Origin: a virus
Virus record (IMG/VR): IMGVR_UViG_3300017779_000001
Direction: 5' to 3' (one strand)
DNA length: 64,000 nucleotides
Positions 9,210 through 17,419 of the stretch are shown piece after piece (within the stretch, counting starts at the first letter, position 1; every line of letters begins with the position of its first letter). Position numbers and translations under genes: made by a program. Below the pieces are notes generated by a model. That model made no database searches, was not told where the DNA came from, and was given only the letters and a program-made list of their open reading frames with translations.

Positions 9210-9602
9210 ATGACATATTTAAATCACATCAAGAACGGGACTTCAAGAACTTATGTTGTCACTACTCAGAATTTAGAAGAGTATGGTGAGAACTTTCATA
9301 AGTTCAAGGGTGGTTCAGTCTACTCTGTACACTTCAGTGTAGAGAAACTCATCTTTGAAGAAGATGCATATGGTGAGGGTCAACACTCTTATTACGAGAA
9401 CCCTAGTTTGACTGAGGCAAGTGTGGCTGCATTGGTTATGAAACATGTGAACAGGTTCAATGGAATGAATGGTTCATTTGACTACATTACCAATATCGAG
9501 GTTGTGGAGAGTCCGTTTGATACTCCCGACCATCCCGAATGGAACGGTCATGCAGACCAACTTATTTCAGAGATTGCAGAATCTCAGTTGGAGGTTGCAT
9601 AA
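9210..9602 (+). CDS. Hypothetical early protein
   Basis: AAAGGAG SD; 130 aa. Confidence 0.75.
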   Translation: MTYLNHIKNGTSRTYVVTTQNLEEYGENFHKFKGGSVYSVHFSVEKLIFEEDAYGEGQHSYYENPSLTEASVAALVMKHVNRFNGMNGSFDYITNIEVVESPFDTPDHPEWNGHADQLISEIAESQLEVA

Positions 9603-9991
9603 TGATTATTAAAGATTACGAAGTGTGTTCTCCCGATATGACATCGGGTGGAACTTCCCTACAGGGATACAAAACAACAACCTATGATAGGTTGATTGAG
9701 GTTCTTGGCCCACCTACATTCACAAGTGCAGACCCAAATGATAAGGTCAATTGTGAGTGGGTCATCGATGCAAAGTATTACGATGCAGACACCATCGATG
9801 GAATCGACAAAGACGACTGGGAATATGAAACAGTCACAATTTATAATTGGAAGGATGGAAGAGTTCCTTTAGAAGAATATGATTGGCACGTTGGTGGTAA
9901 ATCAATATGGGCAACTGATGTAGTTGACTTGATTCTAGACAGTTATAACAAAAATGGATATAATTACAATGGAGAAAGATATGTCGCTTAA
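9602..9991 (+). CDS. Conserved hypothetical phage protein
   Basis: GGAGG SD, TAATG overlap; GTSLQGY...LG.P...KV..EW...TIYNWK...WHVGG motif. Confidence 0.75.
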   Translation: MIIKDYEVCSPDMTSGGTSLQGYKTTTYDRLIEVLGPPTFTSADPNDKVNCEWVIDAKYYDADTIDGIDKDDWEYETVTIYNWKDGRVPLEEYDWHVGGKSIWATDVVDLILDSYNKNGYNYNGERYVA

Positions 9992-10193
9992 TTATGAAAG
10001 TGCAAAATTAATTGCACAATGTACAGACGGTAAGTTATCAGCAGATGACGTTTTTAATCTTGCAACTTATGGAACAACTAATGCACAGGACATGAATCCT
10101 AATCAAGGTGAACTTGACTTAGAGAAAAACTCATGTGTCTGTGGAGAAGAAGATTGTCCCGATGAGTATGCACATACAACGAGTGGGTATTAA
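9981..10193 (+). CDS. Hypothetical protein with C-terminal Cys/His cluster
   Basis: GGAGA SD before 9981; CVCGEEDCPDEYAHTTSGY. Confidence 0.65.
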   Translation: MSLNYESAKLIAQCTDGKLSADDVFNLATYGTTNAQDMNPNQGELDLEKNSCVCGEEDCPDEYAHTTSGY

Positions 10194-10194
10194 T

Positions 10195-10338
10195 ATGGAA
10201 CAGGAAGTAGTACAGATTAGTGCAATTGGTGGGTTTTTATTATGTGTGATTATGATATCATTAACCTTCGCAGGTTTACATATCAACAAACCCTTTCCAT
10301 GGGAAAAACGAAAAGATGGAGATGATGTTGAAAAGTAA
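10195..10338 (+). CDS. Small membrane protein
   Basis: Hydrophobic stretch ISAIGGFLLCVIMISLTFAGL. Confidence 0.55.
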   Translation: MEQEVVQISAIGGFLLCVIMISLTFAGLHINKPFPWEKRKDGDDVEK

Positions 10339-10888
10339 GTGGGGTGATGCTATTGACAGTCAAATGAAATACAATGGTAAGAATATGTTTAAGTCATTCT
10401 TAACTGGTATGATGTTTGGTGCAATGCTCATGTCACTATTACTGTTTCCACAAACGGTAAAAGCATATGATGCTAACGGAGAAGTTTTTTGCATGGCAAA
10501 GAACATATACTTTGAAGCTGGTAACCAACCTGTAGCAGGTAAGGTTGCAGTTTCACTTGTTGTATTAAACAGGGTTGAACATAACTCTTATCCCGACAAT
10601 GTGTGTGATGTTATCTATCAGGCACTATGGAAGGAAAACTGGAAAGGTAATCTTACACCAGTTAGACATAAGTGTCAGTTCAGTTGGTTCTGTGATGGTA
10701 AATCAGACGACCCTGTTGATAGTGCAACGTGGATGTTTTCACTTGCAACTGCATCAAGAGTTTTAAATGGAGACTTTGCAGACTTCACTGAAGGTGCAAC
10801 ACACTATCATGCAGATACGGTATATCCATATTGGGCAGACTCATTGAATGAGACTGTAATTATTAACAACCACATATTTTATAAATGA
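10316..10888 (+). CDS. Cell wall hydrolase, SleB/Hydrolase_2 family
   Basis: N-terminal TM/signal; CMAKNIYFEA, AV..VVLNRV, CQFSW.CDG, GATHYHA, HIFYK. Confidence 0.9.
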   Translation: MEMMLKSKWGDAIDSQMKYNGKNMFKSFLTGMMFGAMLMSLLLFPQTVKAYDANGEVFCMAKNIYFEAGNQPVAGKVAVSLVVLNRVEHNSYPDNVCDVIYQALWKENWKGNLTPVRHKCQFSWFCDGKSDDPVDSATWMFSLATASRVLNGDFADFTEGATHYHADTVYPYWADSLNETVIINNHIFYK

Positions 10889-11157
10889 TGTATGATACAG
10901 TAGAAAAATTTAGAGAGTTCCTTTCAGATACGGACTATATTAATAATGGTGTTCAACATAAGTATGCATTTCCAAATGGTTATGGTGCAAGTGTAGTAAA
11001 ACACGATTTCAGTTATGGTGGTAAGAATGGATTATGGGAACTTGCAGTTCTCAACGAAGGTGAGTTGGATTTCTCAACCGTTATAACACATGATGTTATT
11101 GGACACCTCTCATGGAAAGAAGTAGAAAAAGTTTTAGAAAATATAAAAAACCTCTAG
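10885..11157 (+). CDS. Conserved hypothetical phage protein
   Basis: FPNGYGASVV...SYGG..GLWELAV motif. Confidence 0.75.
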   Translation: MMYDTVEKFREFLSDTDYINNGVQHKYAFPNGYGASVVKHDFSYGGKNGLWELAVLNEGELDFSTVITHDVIGHLSWKEVEKVLENIKNL

Positions 11158-11188
11158 ACAATCTTAGAGTTTTATATTATACTAAATA
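11155..11188 (+). promoter_or_regulatory. Overlapping sigma70-type and late-type promoter
   Basis: TAGACA(11155-11160)-17-TATACT(11178-11183) overlapping ACTAAATA(11181-11188); leader hairpin GAGGA/TCCTC follows. Confidence 0.5.
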
Positions 11189-11244
11189 TATTATAGTAAA
11201 TCAGAGGAAGGCAAACACCGTCCTCACCAAAAACAGGAGAATTT

Positions 11245-12390
11245 ATGATTGACTTAATCGTCCCCTTGGACAAATCAAACCCGTTCACTGAAGAACACTT
11301 AAAACTTCACGTTGAACATTTTCAAAAAACAAGATACCCAATCCTTTCTAAGGAATTCGATTCTATCGAACTATCGGGTAACTCACCACGTATTCTATCT
11401 AGAAGTATTGTCAATAACCAATTAGGTGATGATACCTTTGGACAGGAATCAAGAGCAGGTGGAGCTCACACTAAACAAGAAGAGAATGACCTCTACTCTA
11501 GTTTCGATGATGGGTTCGACTTACTAGAACCACTTTCATGTGTGTTTCAACCCGACCCTAGTGTAGAGTATTATGAATACATTACAGGTCACGGTAGAGA
11601 TAGAGTCTTCGATAAAAAGTTTATTGATGACATCATGGCATACGTGTTTGTACCTAAGGTAGGTGCATCCGATTCTAGAATCAAAGATAACTTATCAGTA
11701 GCAGGTCAGTTGTCACAAGATAAGAAAAGAACTTACACTCCAATCAAGACTCAAGATATCAAGACTGAGTGTCTTAGAGCAGTCAAGAATGGATGGATAT
11801 CATTCAAAGGTAAGAATGAGAGACAAGCATTCGACACTGTAATGAGTAGGATAGATGAGATGTGTGAGAGACGACCATTCAGTAATAGAGATGCAACACT
11901 GGTTGCACTATCAGTAATGATGCAATCAGAAAGTTATGAAGGATTGAGAGCAATACCTTTTGATAACAACCAAGCAAAAGGATGGTGTAAGGAAAACAAC
12001 TATGTTCCTGTATATGAAAAAGGTATAGACATAACAGATGATACAAAGATTATCTACTTCCCTACATCTTATGACCTTGCACACAAACACTTACTTGCAT
12101 CTTGTAAGATAGCAGTCGACAATGATGTTGAAGTAAGGATGGTTTTTCACGCAGGGGTATTGACATCAGACCCCGAAGAACAGTATAATAAAAGAACACT
12201 AAAATGTCACATCGATGTTAAGGAATCAATTGAGAATGTACGTTCATGTTTCAACGAAGGTGGAAAGTTGAAGAGAGGTAAAGTTAAGATGTATGGTATG
12301 ATACCAGCAATCGAGAAACTTCACAACTTAGATAAACTAAACATCTTTGATAGAACTTCAAATGACGGTACATTCAAGGTATTTAAATAA
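11245..12390 (+). CDS. Hypothetical protein, possible ParB/Srx-like N-terminal domain
   Basis: AGGAG SD; YEYITGHGR resembles the ParB/Srx GxxR motif (weak). Confidence 0.6.
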   Translation: MIDLIVPLDKSNPFTEEHLKLHVEHFQKTRYPILSKEFDSIELSGNSPRILSRSIVNNQLGDDTFGQESRAGGAHTKQEENDLYSSFDDGFDLLEPLSCVFQPDPSVEYYEYITGHGRDRVFDKKFIDDIMAYVFVPKVGASDSRIKDNLSVAGQLSQDKKRTYTPIKTQDIKTECLRAVKNGWISFKGKNERQAFDTVMSRIDEMCERRPFSNRDATLVALSVMMQSESYEGLRAIPFDNNQAKGWCKENNYVPVYEKGIDITDDTKIIYFPTSYDLAHKHLLASCKIAVDNDVEVRMVFHAGVLTSDPEEQYNKRTLKCHIDVKESIENVRSCFNEGGKLKRGKVKMYGMIPAIEKLHNLDKLNIFDRTSNDGTFKVFK

Positions 12391-12392
12391 TT

Positions 12393-12932
12393 ATGAATAT
12401 ATTTTATCTGAACGAAGACCCTGTAGTCTCATCACACTTACACTGTGACAAACATGTAGTCAAGATGGTTATCGAGTATGCACAAATGTTATCGACTGCA
12501 CATCGTATACTAGACGGTGAGGAGTACCTAGACAAGACTGCAAATGGTAGAAACATTAAACGTTATCGTTTGCAAGACAGAAAAATGCAGAGTGTATTAT
12601 ACAAAGCTTCACACATCAAACACCCAAGTGCAATATGGGTTCGTGAAAATGCAATCCAGTATCAATACATGTACGATATGTTTATTGCACTATGTGATGA
12701 GTATACTTACCGTTATGGTAGAGTACATGAAACAGATAGAAAACTTAGAGTGTTACTCGACCAACTACCCATGAATATTGAATTGGGTAGTTGGAGAGAA
12801 CCTCCACAGTGTATGCCCGATGATGTTAAGACTGATAAGTCTATTGATGCATACCATAAATACTATCAGGTCTACAAGAAAGATTTTGCAAAGTGGACTG
12901 ATAGACCAATACCTAATTTTATGAGCAAGTGA
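12393..12932 (+). CDS. Pyrimidine-dimer DNA glycosylase (DenV/endonuclease V)-like family protein
   Basis: MNIFYL..DP...HCDKHVVKM..EYAQMLSTAHR, H.KHPS..W, EYTYRYG..H, PQCMPD motifs. Confidence 0.75.
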   Translation: MNIFYLNEDPVVSSHLHCDKHVVKMVIEYAQMLSTAHRILDGEEYLDKTANGRNIKRYRLQDRKMQSVLYKASHIKHPSAIWVRENAIQYQYMYDMFIALCDEYTYRYGRVHETDRKLRVLLDQLPMNIELGSWREPPQCMPDDVKTDKSIDAYHKYYQVYKKDFAKWTDRPIPNFMSK

Positions 12933-13240
12933 TGCCCCTATACGATTTTTTAAATAATGAAACAAGTGAGATTGAAGAACATTCAATGTCATATACTAAA
13001 CTTGACCAGTTCAAGTTAGACAACCCACACCTTAAACAAGTAATACTTGGAACACCTTCCATCGTAGGTGGTCATGGTGACAGAGTAAAAGCAGACGATG
13101 GTTTCAAAGAAGTGTTAAGTAAAGTTGCAGATGCAAACAAAGGTTCTAACCTAGACCAGTATCGTAAACGTAGTGCAAAAGAAATAAAGAGTAAGGAAAT
13201 TATTCAAAAACATATTGACTTACAGTCGAGGAAGAAGTAA
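12929..13240 (+). CDS. FmdB-like conserved T4-like phage protein
   Basis: MPLYDF.N..T..E...M, DNPHL.Q, GFKEVLSK motifs; Cys absent. Confidence 0.65.
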   Translation: MMPLYDFLNNETSEIEEHSMSYTKLDQFKLDNPHLKQVILGTPSIVGGHGDRVKADDGFKEVLSKVADANKGSNLDQYRKRSAKEIKSKEIIQKHIDLQSRKK

Positions 13241-13241
13241 A

Positions 13242-13925
13242 ATGATAGAACCAATGAGATATTATTACGACATACATGACCTAGAACATATCGAAAATGT
13301 TTATTCGGAACAAACCGATGGTGGTCAAAGAATGTATAATACACCCGATGGTAACAAGTACCCAAGTGTTACTACTGTAATCGGATTAGAAACAAGAGAA
13401 CACATCAAGTTGTGGAGACAACGTATTGGTGAAGAGAAAGCAAACAGGATTACAGCAGGTGCATCGAGACGTGGTACTAAGATGCATAATATCTTTGAAA
13501 ATTACTTACGTGCAGAGACAGATGATATCGGTATCGAAAATCCCTTACAACTAGAAATGTTTAATGCAGTGCAACCAGTGTTGGATGAGATTCAACCTAT
13601 TGCACTTGAAGCACCTCTATGGTCTGATGAGTTACGTATGGCAGGTCGTGTAGACTGTATCGGTGTGTTCCAAGATGAACTATGTATCATTGACTTCAAG
13701 ACAAGTGCAAAACACAAAGATGAGAAATACATCAAATCATACTTTATGCAAGAGACAGCTTATGCATGTATGGTAAACGAATTGACGGGTGAACAACCAA
13801 CTAATCTTGTGACTATCGTTGCAATCGAAGGTGGGTATTCACAAATGTTTATGACAGAACCTTACGGATACATTAACGACTTAGTTAAGTTACGTGGGAG
13901 ATATGAATCTTTATACGGAGTATAG
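13242..13925 (+). CDS. PD-(D/E)XK exonuclease
   Basis: YPSVTTV, WRQRIGEE.AN, RGT.MH...E, AGRVDC, IIDFKTS, Q..AY. Confidence 0.85.
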   Translation: MIEPMRYYYDIHDLEHIENVYSEQTDGGQRMYNTPDGNKYPSVTTVIGLETREHIKLWRQRIGEEKANRITAGASRRGTKMHNIFENYLRAETDDIGIENPLQLEMFNAVQPVLDEIQPIALEAPLWSDELRMAGRVDCIGVFQDELCIIDFKTSAKHKDEKYIKSYFMQETAYACMVNELTGEQPTNLVTIVAIEGGYSQMFMTEPYGYINDLVKLRGRYESLYGV

Positions 13926-13926
13926 T

Positions 13927-14160
13927 ATGATAACAAAAAAAGAATTCTCAAATGAGGTCGAAGAAATCCTAGGTAGGAGTAGAGATGCAAGTAAAGATGT
14001 GATGGGTGCAATTATTAAAGTATGTGAAACCAATAACATTGAACCCGAAAGTGCAAAGAGACTTTTAACCCCGACACTAAAAGAACGGTTAGAGGCAGAA
14101 GCAAACAAACTTAGATTAATTAATCGAGGAACATCCAGTCAAGGTGTTCTTCCAGTATAG
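13927..14160 (+). CDS. gp33: Late-promoter transcription coactivator gp33
   Basis: F...VE...AI..CE.N.IEPES..RL...LKE.LE.EA..L; gp33-gp59-gp32 synteny. Confidence 0.85.
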   Translation: MITKKEFSNEVEEILGRSRDASKDVMGAIIKVCETNNIEPESAKRLLTPTLKERLEAEANKLRLINRGTSSQGVLPV

Positions 14161-14169
14161 GAGTATATT

Positions 14170-14466
14170 ATGGATAAAGGTGACATCGTCACAATAGTGA
14201 CAACAAGTGGAGAGTATGTAGGTAAGTTAAATGCATTGAACGAAGATGGTTCTGTGCAAATTACAGACCCACGTATGATTCTATCGAATCCCGAAACAGG
14301 TCAGATGGGATTTGCAAAAGGTATTGCAGTAACAGGAGAAGAGAATCCTAACGATGTAGTATTTTCTTCGATAGTGTTTATGACCCCAACTAATGAAAAA
14401 GTTGCAGACGCTTTCAAAGAATCAACAGGACAAATTCAAGTACCAAAATCTAAGATTATATCCTAG
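14170..14466 (+). CDS. Hypothetical protein, probable Sm-like beta fold
   Basis: GDIVTIVTTSGEYVGKL...I.DP pattern; AGGAG SD. Confidence 0.65.
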   Translation: MDKGDIVTIVTTSGEYVGKLNALNEDGSVQITDPRMILSNPETGQMGFAKGIAVTGEENPNDVVFSSIVFMTPTNEKVADAFKESTGQIQVPKSKIIS

Positions 14467-15060
14467 ATGACAAGTCGTGAAGGATATGATGCATATCAAC
14501 TTTATCTTGGAATAAAGTTACACTTCTATTCAGACTACGACTTTGTAAAGTATAATGGTAAAGTAAGAGGAGACATCAATGCATTTCTTAAAAGAAAAGA
14601 TAAGTATCATTTTGGAAAACTGTTCAAACTATATGGGCAAAACTTACAGGACTTTTATGTTGCAAATCTTTGTCTTAAAGATTCGTATGCAGTCGACTTG
14701 GTTAATGACGAAACATCAATCAAAGTTTATAAGGACTGGAAGAAACGTAATCAAAAGTTGTCGTACTTATTTGAACAAGAAATATCAGACCTTCTACTTA
14801 AGTTTAAAATCCAAACACAACTCAAAGTAGTTGATGGACAACACCCTAGGTTACTAAGGTCTTACTTAGCAGGTGATGTTTCTATTGAGACAATGTGTAT
14901 ACTGGATGATGTTACACACTACAGTGATGACTGGTTAAAACTAATAAACGAAAACATAGTGTATCCCGATGTACATAGAAGGATACAAAAATATAAAACA
15001 TTCATGTCATACAACATCAACACTATGAAACAAAAACTTTTAGAATTATGCTCACAATAG
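14467..15060 (+). CDS. gp59: Helicase loader gp59
   Basis: AYQLYLGIKLHF..YDF.KYNGK, F.KRKDKY.F.KL, SIET..ILD. Confidence 0.9.
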   Translation: MTSREGYDAYQLYLGIKLHFYSDYDFVKYNGKVRGDINAFLKRKDKYHFGKLFKLYGQNLQDFYVANLCLKDSYAVDLVNDETSIKVYKDWKKRNQKLSYLFEQEISDLLLKFKIQTQLKVVDGQHPRLLRSYLAGDVSIETMCILDDVTHYSDDWLKLINENIVYPDVHRRIQKYKTFMSYNINTMKQKLLELCSQ

Positions 15061-15848
15061 TAGGAAACGGTAAGAGTAGAATCATCCCCGAATCCAATTG
15101 GTGGGGATGTAATGCAATCTATAGAGATGGTTATACACCCGACCTACTATTCAGTATCGACATAACTATGCATAGAGAGATAGTTCATAATGGATACTAT
15201 AAAGAGAACAAGTTCGTTGTAGGTGATATGAGTTTCATACCCATGCAACATGTCGACATGTTACGACTAGGACATGAAGGACAAGAAGTCATTGAAGAGA
15301 TACATGACGATGATGATTTACTAGTCATACAGGGTGACTTAGAGATAGACAAGTATGTGTCTTTTCTAGGTGTCAACTCTAAACACGTAGACAACATTGT
15401 TATCTACAATAACGACATAATGAAGAACTTAATGTCGGGGCCTTCTGCAATTGCATATGCATTTCAGAATGGTCATGATGAGATAACACTAACAGGTTTC
15501 GATGCATTGTTTACCGATGATGTGTCAAATGTATATGAAGGTTCAGTAAATTACAAACCTAAATATGAGGAGTGGATGGGTGTCAAAGACATTCAGAGAG
15601 CTCAGTTCCTTGCACTATGTGAGGAATATAAAGATAAGAAGATTTATTTCAAAAAGTCTATTGACGAAATGGAAGAAATCGATTATACTAAACTCTCTTA
15701 TTATGAAAGTAGTGAGAGATGGATATTAGGAGAGGGTTACTTACCACATCTTTTGAAGTGGACTAAAGGAACCCCCGACTATGACCGTTATGATAAAATG
15801 ACTAATACAATTGTTAATAAAATAGGAGAATACAATGCCAAACGATAG
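15048..15848 (+). CDS. Hypothetical protein, sialyltransferase/MAF-like Rossmann fold
   Basis: IVGNGKSR, GCNAIYRD..PD.L..ID, SG..A...A...G..EI.L.GFD motifs. Confidence 0.6.
   Translation: MLTIVGNGKSRIIPESNWWGCNAIYRDGYTPDLLFSIDITMHREIVHNGYYKENKFVVGDMSFIPMQHVDMLRLGHEGQEVIEEIHDDDDLLVIQGDLEIDKYVSFLGVNSKHVDNIVIYNNDIMKNLMSGPSAIAYAFQNGHDEITLTGFDALFTDDVSNVYEGSVNYKPKYEEWMGVKDIQRAQFLALCEEYKDKKIYFKKSIDEMEEIDYTKLSYYESSERWILGEGYLPHLLKWTKGTPDYDRYDKMTNTIVNKIGEYNAKR
15661..15689 (+). promoter_or_regulatory. Internal sigma70-type promoter for gp32
   Basis: TTGACG-17-TATACT about 145 nt upstream of the gp32 start. Confidence 0.55.
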
Positions 15849-16731
15849 TCTAGATAAATTAAGAGCAGCAATGAACGCTGCATCTACATCACCTAAAAGT
15901 GATAATCTTAAAAACGAAACCGAAAACTACTGGAAACCTGAACTCGACAAGAGTGGAAATGGTTATGCAGTAATTAGGTTTCTTCCTACACCCGATGGTG
16001 AAGAGATGCCATGGGTATCTTACTTTGACCATGGGTTCCAAGGGCCAGGTGGATGGTATATTGAGAAATCATTAACCACCATTGGTAAACAAGACCCTGT
16101 GTCTGAATACAACACTCAGTTATGGAACACTGGGATTGAAGCAAACAAAGAAATTGCACGTAAACAAAAAAGACGTTTACACTATGTGTCCAATATCCAT
16201 GTTATTTCAGACCCAAAAAATCCACACAACGAAGGTAAAGTGTTCAAATACAGATATGGCAAAAAAATCTTTGAGATGTTGAAAGAAGCAATTTCTCCAG
16301 CATTCGAAGATGAAAAAGCAATCAATCCTTTCGACTTGAGAGATGAAGGTGCAAACTTCAAAATCAAAATAAGAAAAGTTGACGGTTATTGGAACTATGA
16401 TAAATCAGAATTTGATTCACTTTCTGCATTATCAACAGATGAGAATGAACTAAATAGTATCTACGAGTCTGTGTTCCCTTTACAAGAAATTGTAGCACCT
16501 GAAAACTTCAAATCTTATGAAGAGTTGAAAGAAAGACTCGATAGAACACTAGGACTTACTGGTAATGTTGCAACATCAACTGCAGAGACAATCTCAGAAG
16601 ATACAGTAACAGCACCATGGGAAGGTGTCAATAACAATGTCACTGAAGAACCTGCTATCCCTACTGCAGACACTTCAGTAGATGAAGATGATGCAATGAG
16701 TTACTTTAAGAAACTCGCTGCAGACTCCTAA
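15835..16731 (+). CDS. gp32: Single-stranded DNA-binding protein gp32
   Basis: WKPELDKSGNGYAVIRFLP, HGFQGPGGWYIE.SLTT, GKKIF, NYDKSEF, acidic C-terminus. Confidence 0.97.
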   Translation: MPNDSLDKLRAAMNAASTSPKSDNLKNETENYWKPELDKSGNGYAVIRFLPTPDGEEMPWVSYFDHGFQGPGGWYIEKSLTTIGKQDPVSEYNTQLWNTGIEANKEIARKQKRRLHYVSNIHVISDPKNPHNEGKVFKYRYGKKIFEMLKEAISPAFEDEKAINPFDLRDEGANFKIKIRKVDGYWNYDKSEFDSLSALSTDENELNSIYESVFPLQEIVAPENFKSYEELKERLDRTLGLTGNVATSTAETISEDTVTAPWEGVNNNVTEEPAIPTADTSVDEDDAMSYFKKLAADS

Positions 16732-16745
16732 TCGAGTTTTGAGGG

Positions 16746-16944
16746 GTTGATACTTCTAAGTATATGATGAAACATGTGAAGGTATCAACGAACTATGGAC
16801 GAGGTTGCGACGTGGATGCGATTGTCTTGGGGTCACATAGTAAGGGAAAAACAAACTGGTAACATTAGTATTGTTGGGTTACTAAAATTACGCGGAGTTT
16901 GTTGGTATAGAGCGGGAATGCTGTAAAAGACGGGGCGACTATAC
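16746..16944 (+). ncRNA. Candidate structured RNA (four tandem stem-loops) between gp32 and rpsU
   Basis: Closing stems GTTGATAC/GTATCAAC, ACTATG/CATAGT, AACAAACT/AGTTTGTT, GTATAG/CTATAC; G-rich with G-U pairs on the + strand. Confidence 0.55.
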
Positions 16945-16964
16945 ATTTTAATAGAAACTAATAT

Positions 16965-17210
16965 ATGAAAAATACAAAAAGAGATTTCAGAAAAGATTTC
17001 AATAAGAAACAAGAACGTAGACCTGAAACCTTTGATATGATATTCCGTAAGTTCAAGAAGAAAGCTGAACGAGATGGAACTGTGAAAGAAGTTCGTGATA
17101 GAAGATACTACATTAAACCTAATGAAGAAAGAAACATCATTAACAATCAGTTGAAACGTAGAAAGAAACTAAACAAACTACAAGCAAAGAATACATACAG
17201 AAGAAAGTAA
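16965..17210 (+). CDS. rpsU: Phage-encoded ribosomal protein bS21
   Basis: ETFD..FRKFKKK.E..G...EVR.RRYY.KP...R matches the bS21 signature; highly basic, 81 aa. Confidence 0.85.
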   Translation: MKNTKRDFRKDFNKKQERRPETFDMIFRKFKKKAERDGTVKEVRDRRYYIKPNEERNIINNQLKRRKKLNKLQAKNTYRRK

Positions 17211-17419
17211 TGTCTAAACAATGGCACGGTGGAAAAGGTTCCAAGAGACGGAACTCAGACGAACAATCTTATGCAGATAATTGGGAGAAAATCTTTGGTA
17301 AGAAAGAACCCGAAATAAAAGTCAGAAAAGTAACACCAAAAGGTGCCTCATCAAAAGTCCATTCGGACAAAACCAAAATCATACCTAGAAAAACAAAGTA
17401 CTACGATAAGATAGATTAA
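17210..17419 (+). CDS. Small basic conserved hypothetical protein
   Basis: WHGGKGSKRR...Y.DNWEKIF; TAATG overlap with rpsU. Confidence 0.65.
   Translation: MSKQWHGGKGSKRRNSDEQSYADNWEKIFGKKEPEIKVRKVTPKGASSKVHSDKTKIIPRKTKYYDKID

Noticed and set aside
13215-13243. TTGACT-17-TAAAAT as a promoter for the exonuclease
   Set aside because: The -10 overlaps the likely start codon (13242), so it cannot be told from chance in AT-rich DNA.
13242-13925. Cas4 / CRISPR-associated nuclease
   Set aside because: Lacks the four-Cys Fe-S cluster motif and is a standard T4-like phage PD-(D/E)XK exonuclease in its usual context.
16746-16944. tRNA, tmRNA, hammerhead ribozyme or cobalamin riboswitch
   Set aside because: No T-loop/CCA cloverleaf, no complete CUGANGA/GAAA core, and only a partial GGGAA resemblance. 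Retained as an unclassified structured RNA.
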